DNA of 64,000 nucleotides from an uncultured Sulfitobacter sp. (GTDB taxonomy: Bacteria > Pseudomonadota > Alphaproteobacteria > Rhodobacterales > Rhodobacteraceae). The position numbers and the translations under genes are program-made. This document shows positions 47,601-62,600 of this stretch, piece by piece. The stretch spans positions 1,233 to 65,232 of the forward strand of contig NZ_CANMQS010000012.1 of assembly GCF_947500075.1 (NCBI RefSeq). The letters are read 5' to 3'. How positions within the stretch are numbered: the first letter of the stretch is position 1; every line of letters begins with the position of its first letter. The notes under the pieces were generated by a model. The model was not told the DNA's origin and did not search any database. It saw only the letters and a program-made list of their open reading frames with translations.

Positions 47601-50600
47601 CCTGACCCACCCTGCGCCAGCAGTGGTGAATTCGTGCCCGCAGACAGGAAGCCGCGCGTTGTGGCAATCACATTCGGGAAGGCGTCCTGCGGCAGCAAGT
47701 TGCCGTCCACTTCGTTCCGCTTCAGGCCGTAGATCTGGCCGATCTGGAAGTTATCAGCGCCCTCGCCACCGTCCAGCGTGGTGATGACAGTCGTGTCATC
47801 GGTGAAGAAGGAATCGTCGCCCCCCTTGCCCAGCACGGTCATGCGACCATTGATGGAGGTGTCATAGCCAATGCGCTGCACTTCTGCGAAAGGCTCATTG
47901 CCTTGCAGCGTATCGCGGTAGGTGTCCTCATCGCCGTGGACCAGCGCCACATAACCGGGACGATCCGCCGTCTCGTTCGGGATGAAGTTCGAGCCACGCA
48001 GCAGGAAGATATCGTCCTCGGTCTCATTGCCGTGGATGAACAACTCATCGGAACCATCGTTCTGCGCGCCGGTGTCCAGCACGTTGATGATGTAGTTCCG
48101 CTGATCCGGGCCATTGGAGCCCAGCGTGTAGACATTGAACGTATCCGTCCCCTGCTGACCATCCAGACGCAGCGTATGTTCTGCGTTCTCATGGCCAAGC
48201 GCGGTGAGCACATCAAGCTGCGCAGGCGACGTCACGGTTGCGGTGTCTTGCAGGTAGTAGACTGTGATGTTGTCTTCATTCCCGCCGGCCTCAACACGTG
48301 TCTTGGAGCCAAGGAAGATGTAGCCGTCCTGCCCTTGCGTGGTTGTGCCGCTGATACCAGTGGCGTCACCGAACTGGATGTCATCGACATCGCTATTACC
48401 CGTCACCGTGGTGGTGAAGGTCGGAGCCGTGAAGGTTGGCGTGGCGGTGCCCATCGGATCCCCACCGGATTCGCTACCCAGTGCCACATCGGCACCGGCA
48501 ATGATACGGCCGCGCAGGATGATATCGGCGCCGTGACCGAAATCGAAGTTCAGGAAGTCCCCGAAGATCGCGATGTTTTCCGCGGCCAGCACATCGGCGT
48601 TGTCATCGAAGGTGATATCGTCGCCAACCCGAAGGACGATGCCGCCCTGTTCGGCAAAGATGGCACCGTTGTTGATGATCCGGTCTGCATCCGCCTGGTT
48701 GGACGGACCACGGTCGTTGTTTTCCGCAAACCGGGCAGAACCTGCATCGACGATGATCAGATCTTCGTCCAGCTCCGCGGTTTCCCGCACAAGCAGGTTG
48801 ATGTCGCCGGTGAAGCTGTGCGCGAGCACAAGGCGCAGTCCGCCATCGGCTTCCTCGACATAGATGTCGCCCGTTGCCTCAAGTGCGACGTCGGCACCAC
48901 CTGCCGTCGTGCTGGTGTTGTCAGCGATGCCGAACTGGCTGTCGATCTCCAGATCATTGTCAAATGCACCAATGCCACCGCCATTGGCGTCAATGTCGAC
49001 GCTTTGGCCATAGACATTTGTCAGGTTGTTCTCGGGCGCATCAGCGACCGAACCGTCAACCGTCCGCAGCGACACATTTGCATCGGAAGCCACGACACCG
49101 ACCGGCATGTCACCGGCAATTTCATCCAGATAGATACCCATTGCTGTGGTCGCCACCGTGGGCGAGCCAACAACTGAATTGGAATCCCAGGCATTCAGCA
49201 TGCCCGTGCCACCCTTGGCGGTGTTGATCTCAAGGAAGTTGTCCGCGTCACCAATCCCGCTGACGGTTGGCGCAGTTGGGTTCAGCGATGCTGGCAGCAT
49301 CGTGTTCACGCCGGAGTTCAGCGTGATATTCGCCGCTGTCACATCCACCGTCGGCAGGTTGTCCGCATCGGTGATCTTGGCAGAGCTGTTGAGCACCACG
49401 TCACCCGCGGTGGAGTTGATGTGACCCGCCTGCAAGTCGCCTGCGATCTCGTTGTAGGTGATCATGCCGTTGGTGGTGACAAAGATCTGCTCAATGTCGT
49501 CCTCTGACATGCCACCTGCCCAATCGACGTCACCGTTGATGACAAAGTCGATTGTTGTGGTTGGCACATCCGGGATGATGGACAGACCATAGGTGCTGCC
49601 GCCAAGGCGCGTGGTCTCATAGAGACGCTGTTCGCCGCCCACGGCGTCGCCGTCCACATGGCCGATATCCATATCGTCCCCGGAACGGATGTTCAGGAAG
49701 TTATAGACGGAGTTCACCCGTGGTGCCATTGCCATGCCAATCGCACCAGTGCCGAAGGCCCGGAGGATACGGTCAAGCGCCACATCAGGTGTATTATCCG
49801 TTGGCCGGAAATGCTTGGAGAAGAACCCGACCTCTGGTGTTGTGCCGCGATCCGCGACGCTCACGTTGCCGACTGTACCCAGATCGTTGCCTTCACGGCT
49901 GTCATTCACGACGATGGACACGTCATCACCAGCCGTGATTTCGGTGATATTGACCGTCACAGGCAGGTTGTCGCCCAGAGTGGCGGAAGACCGGTCAAAG
50001 AACGACAGGTCAAGCACCACGTCCTGCGTGGCATTGGCTGTCATGTTCTCGGTAAAGACCGTGGTGTCACGGTCCTGATAGCGGACGAGCTCCACAACAA
50101 TCGCTTCGCGCGTCGTGCCGTCCAGCAGACCAATGGAGCCGCCGGTTGCGTCAAGGTAAACTTCGTTGCCGCGAATGACCGCGTTGGCCCCCGCAAGTAT
50201 GTTGCCGCGTTCGTTCAGAACGGTCGTAATGCCAATCGGATTATCGATCAGGCCATTCAGGATGATGTTGGACGGTGCAATGTTCGCCCCCATCCCGGTG
50301 CTCGCATTCAGGTTGAGAATGTCGATCACCGTCCGGGTGAAGGTGTTCACGATGTCAAATTCGAAGGTCACACCGGAATCGGTGTTTTCTGCAAGCGAGA
50401 CATTGTTGGCTGGCGCATTCACCGGACCGGGCACACCCGCAACGCGGATTTCGATATCCGCCGGGTCCACATTGGTCGGATTCGTCCCAAGGCTGCCAGG
50501 ATTGACAGGTGAGATGCGGTTGACCACCACATTTCGGTCGCTCTGGTTTTCGATCAGGACGAAGTCCCATGTGCGATGCAGATCAAACAGACCCGCGTTG

Positions 50601-53600
50601 CCCCAGATCTGACCCGCTGGATTGCCGGCACCCGGTTCATTCGCCGTGAATGTCGCGCGGCCAGAACCGGTGTTGAGGATGTCGTTGATCACGATGTCAT
50701 CGCCGACACCGATTGGATCGCCGACTTCCTGACCACCCGCCAGTGTCACATTGACCTTCTGAACAACAATGCCGCCGGCGTTGACCCGCAGGATCGGGTT
50801 GGGCGAGGACAGCAGGATCACGGTGGATTCCCAGAAGATTTCCCGCTCGATCCGTTCGCTGCGGTTGTTGGAGACGCTGCCGAAATCAATGCCTGACTTA
50901 CGATGCGACGCCTGTGCCGCGACGCGGTCACGGTCCACAAGCGAATTCACGTTCAACTCAGCTGTCCGCACAAAGCTCTCATCGCGGCCAAACACCTTGG
51001 CTTCGATGTTGTTGGCGGTGACGTTTGCACGCCCGTCGGTGTCCCCACCTACCGCATAGAGTTCAGCACGCGGATCTGCCCGGAGGTCCAGCTTGTCGTA
51101 ACGGGCCGAGATGTCGACCTCGCTGTTGCCAAGGATCTGTGAACCGGTATCGAGGATCACATGGCTTGCCCCGGTGAGGGTCACGTCGCCACGTGCATCG
51201 CTGTCCGCGCCAAAGGCGCGGGCGATGGCAAAGGCATCCGCCCGACCGTTCACCTCGTTGGAGGAGACAATGTCGACGTCGTTGGCTTCGAGTACAGCTT
51301 CGTTCTCAAGCGTGACCCGCGTGGTCGCATTTATCGTCACACCCTTGCCACCAGTGTCGTTGGCACTTGCGTCAGCGCCAAAGCCGGAACCGTCTGCACG
51401 GGCGTAGACATCACCATCCACAAAGGTCCGACCCGCTGCTGTGAGCTCTTCGGAGGCTTTGACCAAGCCGTCAATGTCGACAGTATTGGTCACGTTGGTT
51501 GTCGATTTCGCGGTGCTGTCTGCGCCGGCACCCAAACCACCAGTATTGGTGGAGGACGTCGCCTCGGTCTTGGCTTGGACGCGGCCTTCGATATTTGCGT
51601 TGCCAGACGTGTCACCTGCCAGACCGGTCGCTGCATCACCATTGGCGATGATCGTTGGGGCCAGGGCGCCTGCTGTATCAGCACCGCCGTCGTTTTCACC
51701 GATGTCCAGATCGCTGATGATCGTCAGGTTCGCTGTGGCGTTCGCATCACCGACTGACACACCGCCGCCGCCGCGATACGTCGCGACCGCCAGGGAAGTT
51801 CCGCGGATATCAGTGGTGATATCCACTTCGTTGCCTTCGATATGCGCACCGTTCTCAACAGTCAGGTTGCCGTTCACGGTGACGTTTGTCGTCGCATTGG
51901 CAACCTTGACATCAATTGCACCACCGCCGCCGCCGGAGGCGGAGGACGTCACAGCCCGGTCACCGGATGGCGCACCGGAGAAGTTCGCAGCGCTCGTCAG
52001 GTCGAACATATGCGTGCCTGCGCCAGGCTCGATATCGATCACCACACGATGTTCACCACTGCCCGGCGACGTCAGGTCAAGGCCTTCCAACTCGAACTTG
52101 TGATCCCCGGCGTTGTAGCCATTGGGGTTCAGGTTGATCGCCGTTCCGCCCTCGGTCTCTGACAACTGGAAAGAGCCGCCGTCGCTGTTGACGACATAAT
52201 AGTCCGCGCCGTTGGTCAGGTTCAGCTGCTGATCCTGGACCCGCTGAAGCGTGTGGAAATCCTCAGCCGCACCAGCAGATTTGTTCGGTGACAGCGCAAT
52301 AATGCCCTGATCGAAGGTGGCAACAGTGTTGGCACGCTCCACCTGCGCCGATCCGTCAGTACCATCGTTGATCTGATTACGCACAGTCAGTTCAAGGGTC
52401 GTCGCGGAGGCGTTGAGAACCGTGTAGGTTCCGTTTGCGAACCCGGCACCCGACACGGTGATCTGTGTCCCGTTGGTGAAGCCATCATCCAACCAACTGC
52501 GGCCATCGGAACGCACCAGACGGTCATTTGGACCGGTCGGGTTGCCCATACCGTCTTCGGCGGCCTGAATGCCTTCAAGCGCGATCTCGGCAATGGTTGC
52601 ATCAATGCCGCTTGCGCCGGACAGAACCATCTCATCGCCTGAGATGCTGACAATGGTGTAGGTGCCATTTGCCGCCGCGCTCATGGTGATGTCCACCTGC
52701 TCCCCGGCCGTCAGACCAAAGCCATTGTTGCCCCAATTGCCGCCATCCAGACGTTTGGCGGTGACGTTTCCGCTGTTGCCATCGCGGATGAAATCGACGG
52801 AGAGGTTCAACAGGCGGTCGTTCCGCTTGAGCTGAATGGAATCGCCATCTTTCGTTGCGACACGATAGATTGAGCCATCTGTCAGACCCCCGATTGCAAC
52901 CGGATTGGTCCCCGGATCGGTGTCATTGTCGATCAGGTTGTAGATCACCTGATCCCCCACGTTCAGCGGGCTGCCGTCTTCGACGATGATGTTGTTGTTA
53001 CCGGGCACATCGGTCGTGTTTTCCATGCCATCAAGAACAACTTCACCACCGGCGACTGCGACATCCACGAACAGGGAGCTGAATGCGTCAATCTCCGCCT
53101 CGGCGGTATAGGTGATCAGATCACCATCATTGAAAGTGTTCGTCGCAGTGACCGTGTTGCCGGACACGTTGTTGGCTGTCGTGTTCACAATCGCAGGCGG
53201 TACATCGTTGTCCTGCAGCTTGATCACATCCTCCGAGATCACCTTGACGCGGTAATCTTCGCCATCGACCAACCCGCCAATGGGTGTGCCGCTGGAGAAA
53301 TAGGTGACGATCATGCCGTCGGTCAGGTTGTGACGCCATGGGAAGTTGATTGTATTTGCGGCTGTGTCGACAGCTGTGAACCCACCAACAGTCTGTGTTG
53401 CAGCGCCCAGCTGGATGCCATTCGCAGTCGGCACCAGAACAGTGTAATCCGCCCCATCCGTCAGCTGGCTGAGCGGTGTGTTGCCGTTGGCGCTGTAGGT
53501 CACCGAATTATTCGTGGTCAGACCATGCGGCAGATCGAACAGGATCGTATCCGTGGCGCCGTTCACCTGTGCTGCATTGAACGCCCCTTCGGAGGCAATG

Positions 53601-56600
53601 CCATCAGGCACATTGTGATCCGCAGCGATGGAAACAAGACCTGCCAGTGACTGTAATGTGGAGCCACCTTCAACGGTCACGTTTACCGCGCTTGTGCTGA
53701 CTGCCGCACCACCGAAGGTACCAATGCTCAGCCCGCCAATGCCTGTCGAGCGGGTCGTGGCATCCGCATCCGTCAGACCCAGCGCGCGCACCTCGATATT
53801 GCCGGTCGCGATGATCTTGCCTGCGGATTTGCCGACCGTTGCATTGGTGCTGCCGCCACTGCGTGCTTCGGAATTGGACGAGCCAACCTCAAGCAGACCG
53901 CCGCCCGTAGAGATGACAGTGGCCACAGCGGCATCAGAACCGCGCGCGTTTACCGAGATAGACGCGGCACCCGCACCATCTCCATCACGCACCTGGCCCA
54001 GGATGTTTGCGCGCGTGATGCTGGAAACCGTTGCCTTCGGGCTTGCCGCACCGATCGAAAGAAGACCGCCGCTTGTGGAATCCGTCTCGGCAATGGCGTC
54101 GTTGTTGGCTTCGGCAAGAACCACGATGTCTGCAGCGGGCGAGTTGATATCGGCATTGCTGCCAATCTCTGCCTCGGTCACCGCCTCGGACGTAATATCC
54201 GCCTGAGCGTTTGAATCGTTCACACCGACAAGACCGCCGGCAACGGCATTTGACGTCGCCTTGGCGTCGTTGTCCGCCGTCGCACGTACATTGATCCCGC
54301 CCGCGCCGGTTACATCAATATCGACAACTGCACGGGTCTTCGCACCAACGCTTGCGACAGGTTTCGTTGTGGAAACCGCTGCCAAACCACCGGTTTTCGC
54401 ATCCGAGAAGGCAATCGCATCGCTGTCGCTGGTTGCGACAAATCCAAGATTACCGCTGATGGCCGCACTGGACCCATTCGCCGCTGTCGCTTCGGTCCGG
54501 GCATTGTTGCCGACCGTAGCGCTCGACCCGGCCGAGCCAAAGCTGATCGCCCCGAGGCCGAGTGTTTCAGTACGCGCCCAAGCGTAATTGTCGCTGTCCG
54601 CGGCAACGCTGACATCCCCGCCATCGGTGATGTCACCATTCATCTGCGCTCGCACAGCGCCGTCGACGGTGGAAGTCGTCCGAACCACTGAAATGCTGGC
54701 CAGCAGCGCTCCGTTGAAGGATTCGACCTTGCTGATTGCGCGGTTCTGCGCCTGTGCCGCGCCACCATCGCTGTTGGTTGCGCCCGCACGCACGCCATGT
54801 GTTGCATCTACTGTCACAACATCAGCCGCGACACTCGCCGATCCGCCGATGCGTGCAACGATATCCGCTTCGGACCCGATGGTCGCCGTGCCCTGCGCAC
54901 CACTGCCACCCAAGAGGCTGACTGAAAGCAGCTTTGCGGTTGCTTGCGCGTCATTGCTGCCAATCGCATCGATATCGAGCGAGGCCGCATCGGTATCGCC
55001 ATCCGTCAACGTGCCATCGAATGCGGCAGTTACGCCGCCGTTGATGGTTGCAGTTGGCAACATCACCGTGATGGCAATGATGCCGCCGGTGCCGCCGTTT
55101 GACACTGCATCCGCTTCGTTGCGACCCGTCGCGTTGACCGTGACAGCCGCACCCGCAACGGTCAGAACCGCCGCTGATCCAACGCTGGCCACGACATCCG
55201 CTGCGCTGCTGATTTCCGCAATCGCGCTTGCGCCGGCACCACCTGCAAGCCCGATGGCAATTGCAAGCGCCTTGGCATCGGCTTTGTTATCACCATCCGC
55301 ATCTACCGTCACAGCGCTGGCATCAGTGACATCGCCATCCATCGTGGCTTTCACAGCGCCGCCAACCTTGGCTTTCAGCTCTGCCGCCGCAATTCCGACG
55401 ACACCGCCCGCACCGACATCACTGTTGGTAATCGCATCATTGTCGCCGGTCGCAGTCACGTCCAACGCACCGTCTGTTGATAGTTGCGCCGTATCCGTCA
55501 CGCGGGCCACGACATTTGCGCCCTCAACCAGATTGCCGGAAGAGCTGTCATCGCCGAGGATCTCGACAGATGCACCTGTCCCGGAGCCGCTCAAACCGAA
55601 GGAACCGGAAACGGCCAGCGTTTCGGTCTCGGCGTAATTGCGACCATCCGCATTGACGGTGATATTGGCGGATTCCAGCACGTCGCCGGCAACTTCGGCA
55701 ATAACCGACCCGCCAACGCGCGCTTCGCTCAAGAAGACCGCAGCACCGGCAAAGGCACCACCGCCGCCGCCCTTGGCGGAACCCTTGGCATAATTGCCAA
55801 GGCCAGTTGTGCGCGCATCGACTGTAACGTTACCCGTGGTGCGGACCATTGCCGCAGCACCCAGACGCGCTGTGATGTCCGCGTCAGTTGTCACTTCGGC
55901 AACCGCGTTTGCGCCTGCGCCACCAGCTACAAGACCAACTGCTACCGCAATCGCTTCGGCATTCGCGGTGTTCTCACCGCGCGCATTCACTGTCAGGCTG
56001 GAAGCGGCATTGTCTGCCGCCATCTGGCCCGAGAATTCGGAAAGCACCGCACCGCCAACCTTGGCAGTAGGCAGCATTGCCGCGATGGAAAGCGACAGCG
56101 AAGCAGCGCCGCCATTCGCTTTGGAACGGGCATTGTTGTCGCCCGTCGCGGTAACCGATACCGGCGCATTCGGTGTTGTCAGCACAGCCGTGCTGCCCAC
56201 CTTGGCTTCCACATCGGCTGCGGAGGTGACTTCTGCCGTCGCCCCTGCACCCGCGCCACCCGCAAGGCCAACCGCGATGGTCAGCGCCTCTGCATCGGCG
56301 TTGTTGTTGCCGGTCGCGGTGACAGTCACCGCATTTGCATCATTCACGTCGCCGTTCATTTCGGCAATGACCGCGCCGCCGACCTTGGCGCTCAGCACCG
56401 CGCCTGCGACACCGACAAGACCGCCGGAGCCTGCGTCGCTTCTGGTCTTAGCATCGTTGTCGCCTGTTGCGGTCACAAGCAGCGCACCTGTCGTGGTGAT
56501 ATTGGCGGCAGCGCCGACCTTGGCCACGATGTCAGCCTGGTTTGTGATTTCGCTCACGGTCCCGGTGCCTGCTGCGGCGAAGGACCCGATGGCAACGGCC

Positions 56601-59600
56601 AAGGTGTCGCCATCCGCAAGATTGCGGCCATTGGCCGTGACCGAGACGGACTCCGAGCTGGTCACATCGCCGTTCATTTCGGAGCGCACGCCACCTGCAA
56701 CGGTCGCTTCGCTCAACATCACTGTGCCAGCGGCCAGAAGACCCCCTGCCCCGCCGCGCGCTTGTGCTTTGGCGCGGTTGAATTCGGGCTCAACGGATGG
56801 TGCGAAGATATCGATGGAGATGGCATCCAGTGCCGCCTCATTGGCTGTAATGCTGGTGTGTGCTGCATCAACGGTGATCGCGTCACCGCTCATCGACACG
56901 CCGGAACCTACAACCGCTTCGATGTCGGCAGTATCCAGAATGCGCGCTGTGGCTTTGGCACCATTTCCGGCAAGCCCAAAGGACACGTTGGCAATCAATG
57001 CATCAGCAACCGCATCGTTGGAGCCATCTGCGCTGATGTCGATGTTGCTGTCCGCAGAGAGCGTTGTATTGCCCGCCGCACCCGCTTGAATGCGCCCGCC
57101 AATCTCGGCCGTTGGCGCTGCAACGCCGACGGCTGCAACGCCGCTGACGCTGATACCGAGGGTCTTGGCATCCGCATCCCGCTCACCGGAGGCATCGATG
57201 GTGATGTCGCCCTGCGTCGCTGTGACAGATGTGCCCGAGCCTTGCGGCGTTTCCCCATCACGTGTGCCCGCAAAAGCTTCGGTGACGGAATTGATGTTGG
57301 CGTTGGCAAGGCTCACGTCGATGCCCACCAGACCGCTGAAGTTGGCGCTGATGTTCTGGGCGGTCGCGGACTCCGTGCTTTCCGCGTCAATGTTCACTTC
57401 GGTCGCACTGACCGTCGCATCTTCACCCACATAGGCCAGCGTGCGGCCTGCGACCGTCGCATCCGTGAGTGTCAGGCCGATGGTGATACCTAACGAGCCA
57501 CCCATGCTCAGCGGGGTTGCCGCGGTGGTCAGCGTCGCATCGCTGGTCACGTTCAGCGCGCCGCTTGTCAGGGTCAGGTTTGTGGCGCCGGGTGCCGGGT
57601 TCTGGTTCGCGATGGTCACTTCGGCGTTCGGGTTGAACGCAAAGTTGGGCGAACCGGACCGGATCAGGCTGTGGCTGCTGCCCGTACCCTGGCTCCGGAA
57701 GAAGATGTCGTTCTTGTAGACCGCAACATCACCGATGTCGTTGCCATCCTCATCCAGCACATCTTCCAACGTCCATTCTGCAAGGCGAATGGTGCCATCA
57801 TCATCGGTCAGGACATAATAGACCTGTCCATCTTCCAGACCTTCGATGGCATCGCCACCCCCGCTGGAATAGGTCACCAGCTCTCCTTCCGTGAAGGCGG
57901 TATTGCCCACGTAGATGGAGTTGCTGGCAACATCCACGACGTCGCGCGCCTGACGGGTGCGATCGCCCACATAGGATTCCGTTGTCCGGTCTACTGCGCC
58001 GTTGATCACCGAGACGCCAACCGCGAGGCCGCCGCTCAACACAACGTTGGTGCCATCTGGCGTTGCTGTCGCGATGGAATCTGCCGTCACATCCATGTTG
58101 GCGGCATTGACTGTCGTCGCGCCGTCCACGAAGCCACGTGTGGCTCCGCCCAGTGTTGCATCCGCGATCAGCACGGAGACAGCAGCCCCGAGGCTTGCCG
58201 CAACCCCCAGGGATTCCGCTTCTGCGGTATGGTTGCTGTCCGCATCCACCAGAACCTCGTCGCCAATTGCAGTCAGCGACGCGTTGCGCGCATAGGCTTC
58301 GACAGTGCTGTCCAGATTGGTCTGGCTGACCGCACCAGCACCAGCCGCACCAAAGGCGGCAGCAATGGCAGCAACGCTGGCCGTCGCATTCACAGTCTGG
58401 GTTGCATCTGCATCAATAGTGATCGCACCGGAACCCGGTGCACCATTTGCGGTCACGCTGCTGTCTGACACATGCGCGCTGATCTCGTTCTTGACGTCAT
58501 TGAACGCAAGACCGACACCCACTGCAACACCCACAAGACCACCGGCGGTCGCGACGGAGACCACGGATGTGGACACATCGGTAGTGTCGTTTGCCCGTAC
58601 CGTGACCGCACCGGAGGCAGTCACATCAGACCCGCTATCGATGCTTGCATTGATGCTGGCGTTCATGTCGTTGCGTCCAAGCGCACCGGAACCCGCCGCT
58701 GCACCACCAATGCCAACGGCAAGGGCAACAGCGACCGCAGCCGGCGTTGCCACGATGGTGGATGTGGCATCCGCATCCACCGTCACATCGCCTGCTTCAG
58801 CTTCGACCACGGAATTCGAAATCCGCGCATTCGTGCTGCCGCTATGATCATTGGTCGCCTGCGCCGCCGAGACGGAGAAGGCCACAGCCACAAGACCCGC
58901 AGCAACGGAAACCGCCGCCGCATCTGCATCAGCGTCAACCATCAGGTTCTCAGTCGCGTCGACCAGAACGAAGGTGGCGGCCCGGACGGCCTGCATATCG
59001 GCAGCATCAGAGTTTTCAATCGCTGCAGTAATTTCACTGTTCACGGTGTTCGACGTAACTGCCGCAGCAACAGAGCCGGAAATCCCGACCGTACCGCCAC
59101 CAATCGCAATGGCCACGCCGATGCCATCCACTTCGACCTCGGCGACAGAATCCGCAGTCACCGTCACATTGCCTTCGGCATCTACGTCGCTATCGGAAAT
59201 GATCGCCCGGACAGCCGCACCATATGTATTTGATGCCGTTGCAATTGAAACGCTGATCCCGATCCCGACCGTGCCGCTGACGGCAACCGCAAGGCTGACC
59301 GCAACGGAATCGGTGTCTATGATCATCTGATCATGCGCACGCACCAGCACGGAGCCTTCAGCGTCAATCACACTGTCGGCACCGATCAAGGCAACCGTGG
59401 TGGAGGACACATCCGTGTCGGCAATCGACAAACCAAAGGCGGCAGAAATGGACGCTGTGCCAGACGCGGAGATGGCCACAGCCACACCGACCGCAAGCGT
59501 ATCAAGATCCGCATCAGACGTCGCCTGCACGCGCAGCACGCTGCTGCCTTCGTGGGTGATCCCACTGCCCAGGATCGCAGCCTGAGTGGTCATCTGGTAT

Positions 59601-62600
59601 TCGGTCTTTGAGATCGCAACCGCACCTGCGAGGGAGATCGCAGCCGCACCGCTCACCGCAATTGCAGCAGCAGCCGCAACAGTCAGCGTGTCCACATCCG
59701 CGCGGTCCAGCGCATCGACGGTCACTTCGTTGGCAGTAACCGTCGCATTCTCGATCTCTGCCGTGACCGAACCGGTCACCTTGGCAGTCGCCGTCGCACC
59801 TGCACCGGCACCGGCCAGCGCGAAGCTGCCACTGCCTGCCACTGACAGCGCCGCGGAGATGGAGGTGACATTGATATCCTGACGGTCTGAGCCGAACACA
59901 TTCGCCGCGTCAACATCAACCGCACCGGAGGCATCGACTTCCGCCCCGTTGCCTATCTTGGCCAGAACGGCATGGGCCATATCAACCTCAGCCACGCCAA
60001 CCGCAACAGCCAGTGAGATTGCTGCGTTGGAGCTGATGGAAACAGCCGCCGCAACGGAAACCGCTGTGGTTGTCACAGTGTTGGTGCCATAGGCTTCGAC
60101 ATCGACGCTTGTTGCGCCGGTAATGGAACCACCCATGATGCTGGCTTCTGTGATGCCCGCAATCTGCGTGCCGGGATCGAAGGAGAATTCATCCGCACCT
60201 TCATCGTAGGCGTAGCCGCCGACATTCGTGCGTACAACCGCAGCCGCAACACCAATCGCTGCATTGGACCCCACCGCAACGCTGACAGACGCCGCAACTG
60301 CAACCGTGTTGATATCCGTATCACTGCGCGCAAAGACATTGACGATACCCGGATTGGTGATCGTGCTGTTGGAAATCCGCGCCAGTGTCGCGGTCTGCGC
60401 CGCGATGGAGGCCAGCGTGACAGAGACGCTCAGGCTCACCGCAGCACCGGAAGAGATACCCGCGCTGATCGCTGCTGCAACACCGACCGTATCAATATCA
60501 GCCTTGTCATCTGCCGTGACGGTCACGTTGCCCACATTCGTCAGCGTAGAGCCCGCAATCTCAGCCGACACCGCATTCGTCATGATGCTGTTTGCCACAA
60601 CAACCGACCCTGCGCCGCTGATCCCGACGCTACCTGCACTTGCAGAGACAGAGATGCTCGCCGCGACACCGACGGTCTGCACTTTCGTTGTGTTCTCAGC
60701 CGACACATCCACATTGCCGCCCGCGTCAATGGCCGAGCCATCCTCGATCGCGGCACGCACGGTTGTGCCCACACTGTTGTCCACGGCGACAACCGCCACT
60801 GCAACGGAGATACCCGCACCACCGCTGGACACACCCAACGAAAGGGCTGCCGCCACACCCGTTGATGTGACTTGAGTCGCGTCGGTTGCATCCACGCTCA
60901 CACCGCTGAGGCTGGTGACATCCGAACCGTCGATGCGCGCAGTCACCACGTTGTCCAGATCGTTGTTGATCCCGACACCCGCGCCAGCACCACCAATGGA
61001 CACACCACCGGAACTGGCTGAGACGGAAACGCTTGCCGCAACAGCCACGACCTTGACCTGACCGGAGGCCGCAGCCGCCACGTCAACGTCATTGCCGTCA
61101 ACGGTCGAATCCTCGATCAGCGCCTCGGTTCTGCCGGTGCTTTCATTCACTGCCGTTGTCTCGGCCACGGTGAGGGAGACCGTCGCCCCACCCGAGCTTG
61201 CTGCGACACCGACCGCAGCCGCCACAACCGTGGCACCCATCTTGGGTGCGATGGTTTCCGTCTGCGCCCACAGATCAATGGCCGACCCACCCGATGGCGT
61301 CAGGCTATGACCGCCCGCCAGACCGGCAGAGGTCAGATTGATCGCAATACCGAGGTTCGCGTTGGCCAGGCTGTCGGCCAGCTTGATCCGGCCGTCTTTG
61401 CCCTCGATCACGAAGTAGTCAATGGGATCACCCATGTCATCGACAGGCTCAAGCCCGCCGATGTCTGGCAAACCGCCATTGTCATAGGTCACGATGTCGC
61501 CGGTCGTCAGACCCGCCGCATCACCCACATAGATGCTATCATCCGCAGTATCGACAATCGTGATCTCACGGCCCTTGCCGCCGGGATCACCGATGTAGAC
61601 CGTCTCGGTCAGATCAGCTTCGGTCGCCCCGGTGCCGCCATCTGTCGCGGTAAACTTGGACAGGCTGTGCTGGCTGCCGACACTGTTGGAAGTCAGATCA
61701 ATCGCAGTCCCGTTTGCGGCATTCACCGCTGAGGTTGCGAGCCGGATCTTTCCATCCTCCGCTTCGATCACATAGTAGATGTCATTGTTCTGGCTGGTGA
61801 TTTCCTCATCCGCATTGCGGCTCAGCGGTGCGTCGGTCAGACCACCGATGTTGAAGGACGCACGCTCTGCCGGATCTTCAGAAGAACTGCCGTTGCGGTA
61901 AATCACCGCGTCGCCTGTGCTGAACCCTGCGTCTTCGCCGACGTAGATGGTGTTCGCTGTCGGATCGACAATGTCTTCCCGCAGGCGGGTGTTGATCGTT
62001 GTACCTGTGCCGTCCTGCTCAACCGCATCGACGGTCACCGCGCCTTCGGCATCCACGGTGCTGTCTTGGATCAGCGCCTGCGCTTCACCGGTGAAGGTGT
62101 TGCGCGCATTGGCACCGGCAAAATTCACGTTGATGGCCGTACCGCTGGAGGCAGAGACGGAAACCGACGCTGCAATCGTCTTGACCAGCAGTGTGGTGCC
62201 GGAAACGACGTCGATGTCCACAAACTGCGGTGTCACAAGGGTCGAATTCACGACGCCTGACGTGACCGATGTGCCCACTTCATTGAAGGACAGTGCAACC
62301 GACACGGAGCCGGAGAAGGACAGGCTGCCGCCACTCACGCCAACTGAGATTGAAGCGGAGATGTTCAGGGCGTCGACCACCGCAGTGTTGCGCGCCAGGA
62401 TGGTCGCGCTTTGCGCCTCAACCCCCTGCCCGTCCGCCACATCACTGTCGCGGATCAATGCTTCGGCACTGCCATTCACAGTGTTGGAGGCGAGCGCAAG
62501 AACCACGGATACACCAGCCGCGATGCTGCTGTTGGATGCAGAAACCGCAATGCTTGCCGCGATGCCAATCACGTCGACCCGACCTGCGTTCAAGGCTGTC

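Noticed and set aside
55484-57493. 669-aa plus-strand ORF. Similar long plus-strand ORFs occur at 43208-44464, 47903-49177, 54588-55637, 55794-57089 and 61947-62999.
   Set aside because: All lie antisense inside the giant minus-strand gene. Their translations are Arg/Cys/His- or Ala/Ser/Pro-rich low-complexity strings with no motifs. Long antisense ORFs are expected opposite GC-rich, repeat-rich coding DNA.
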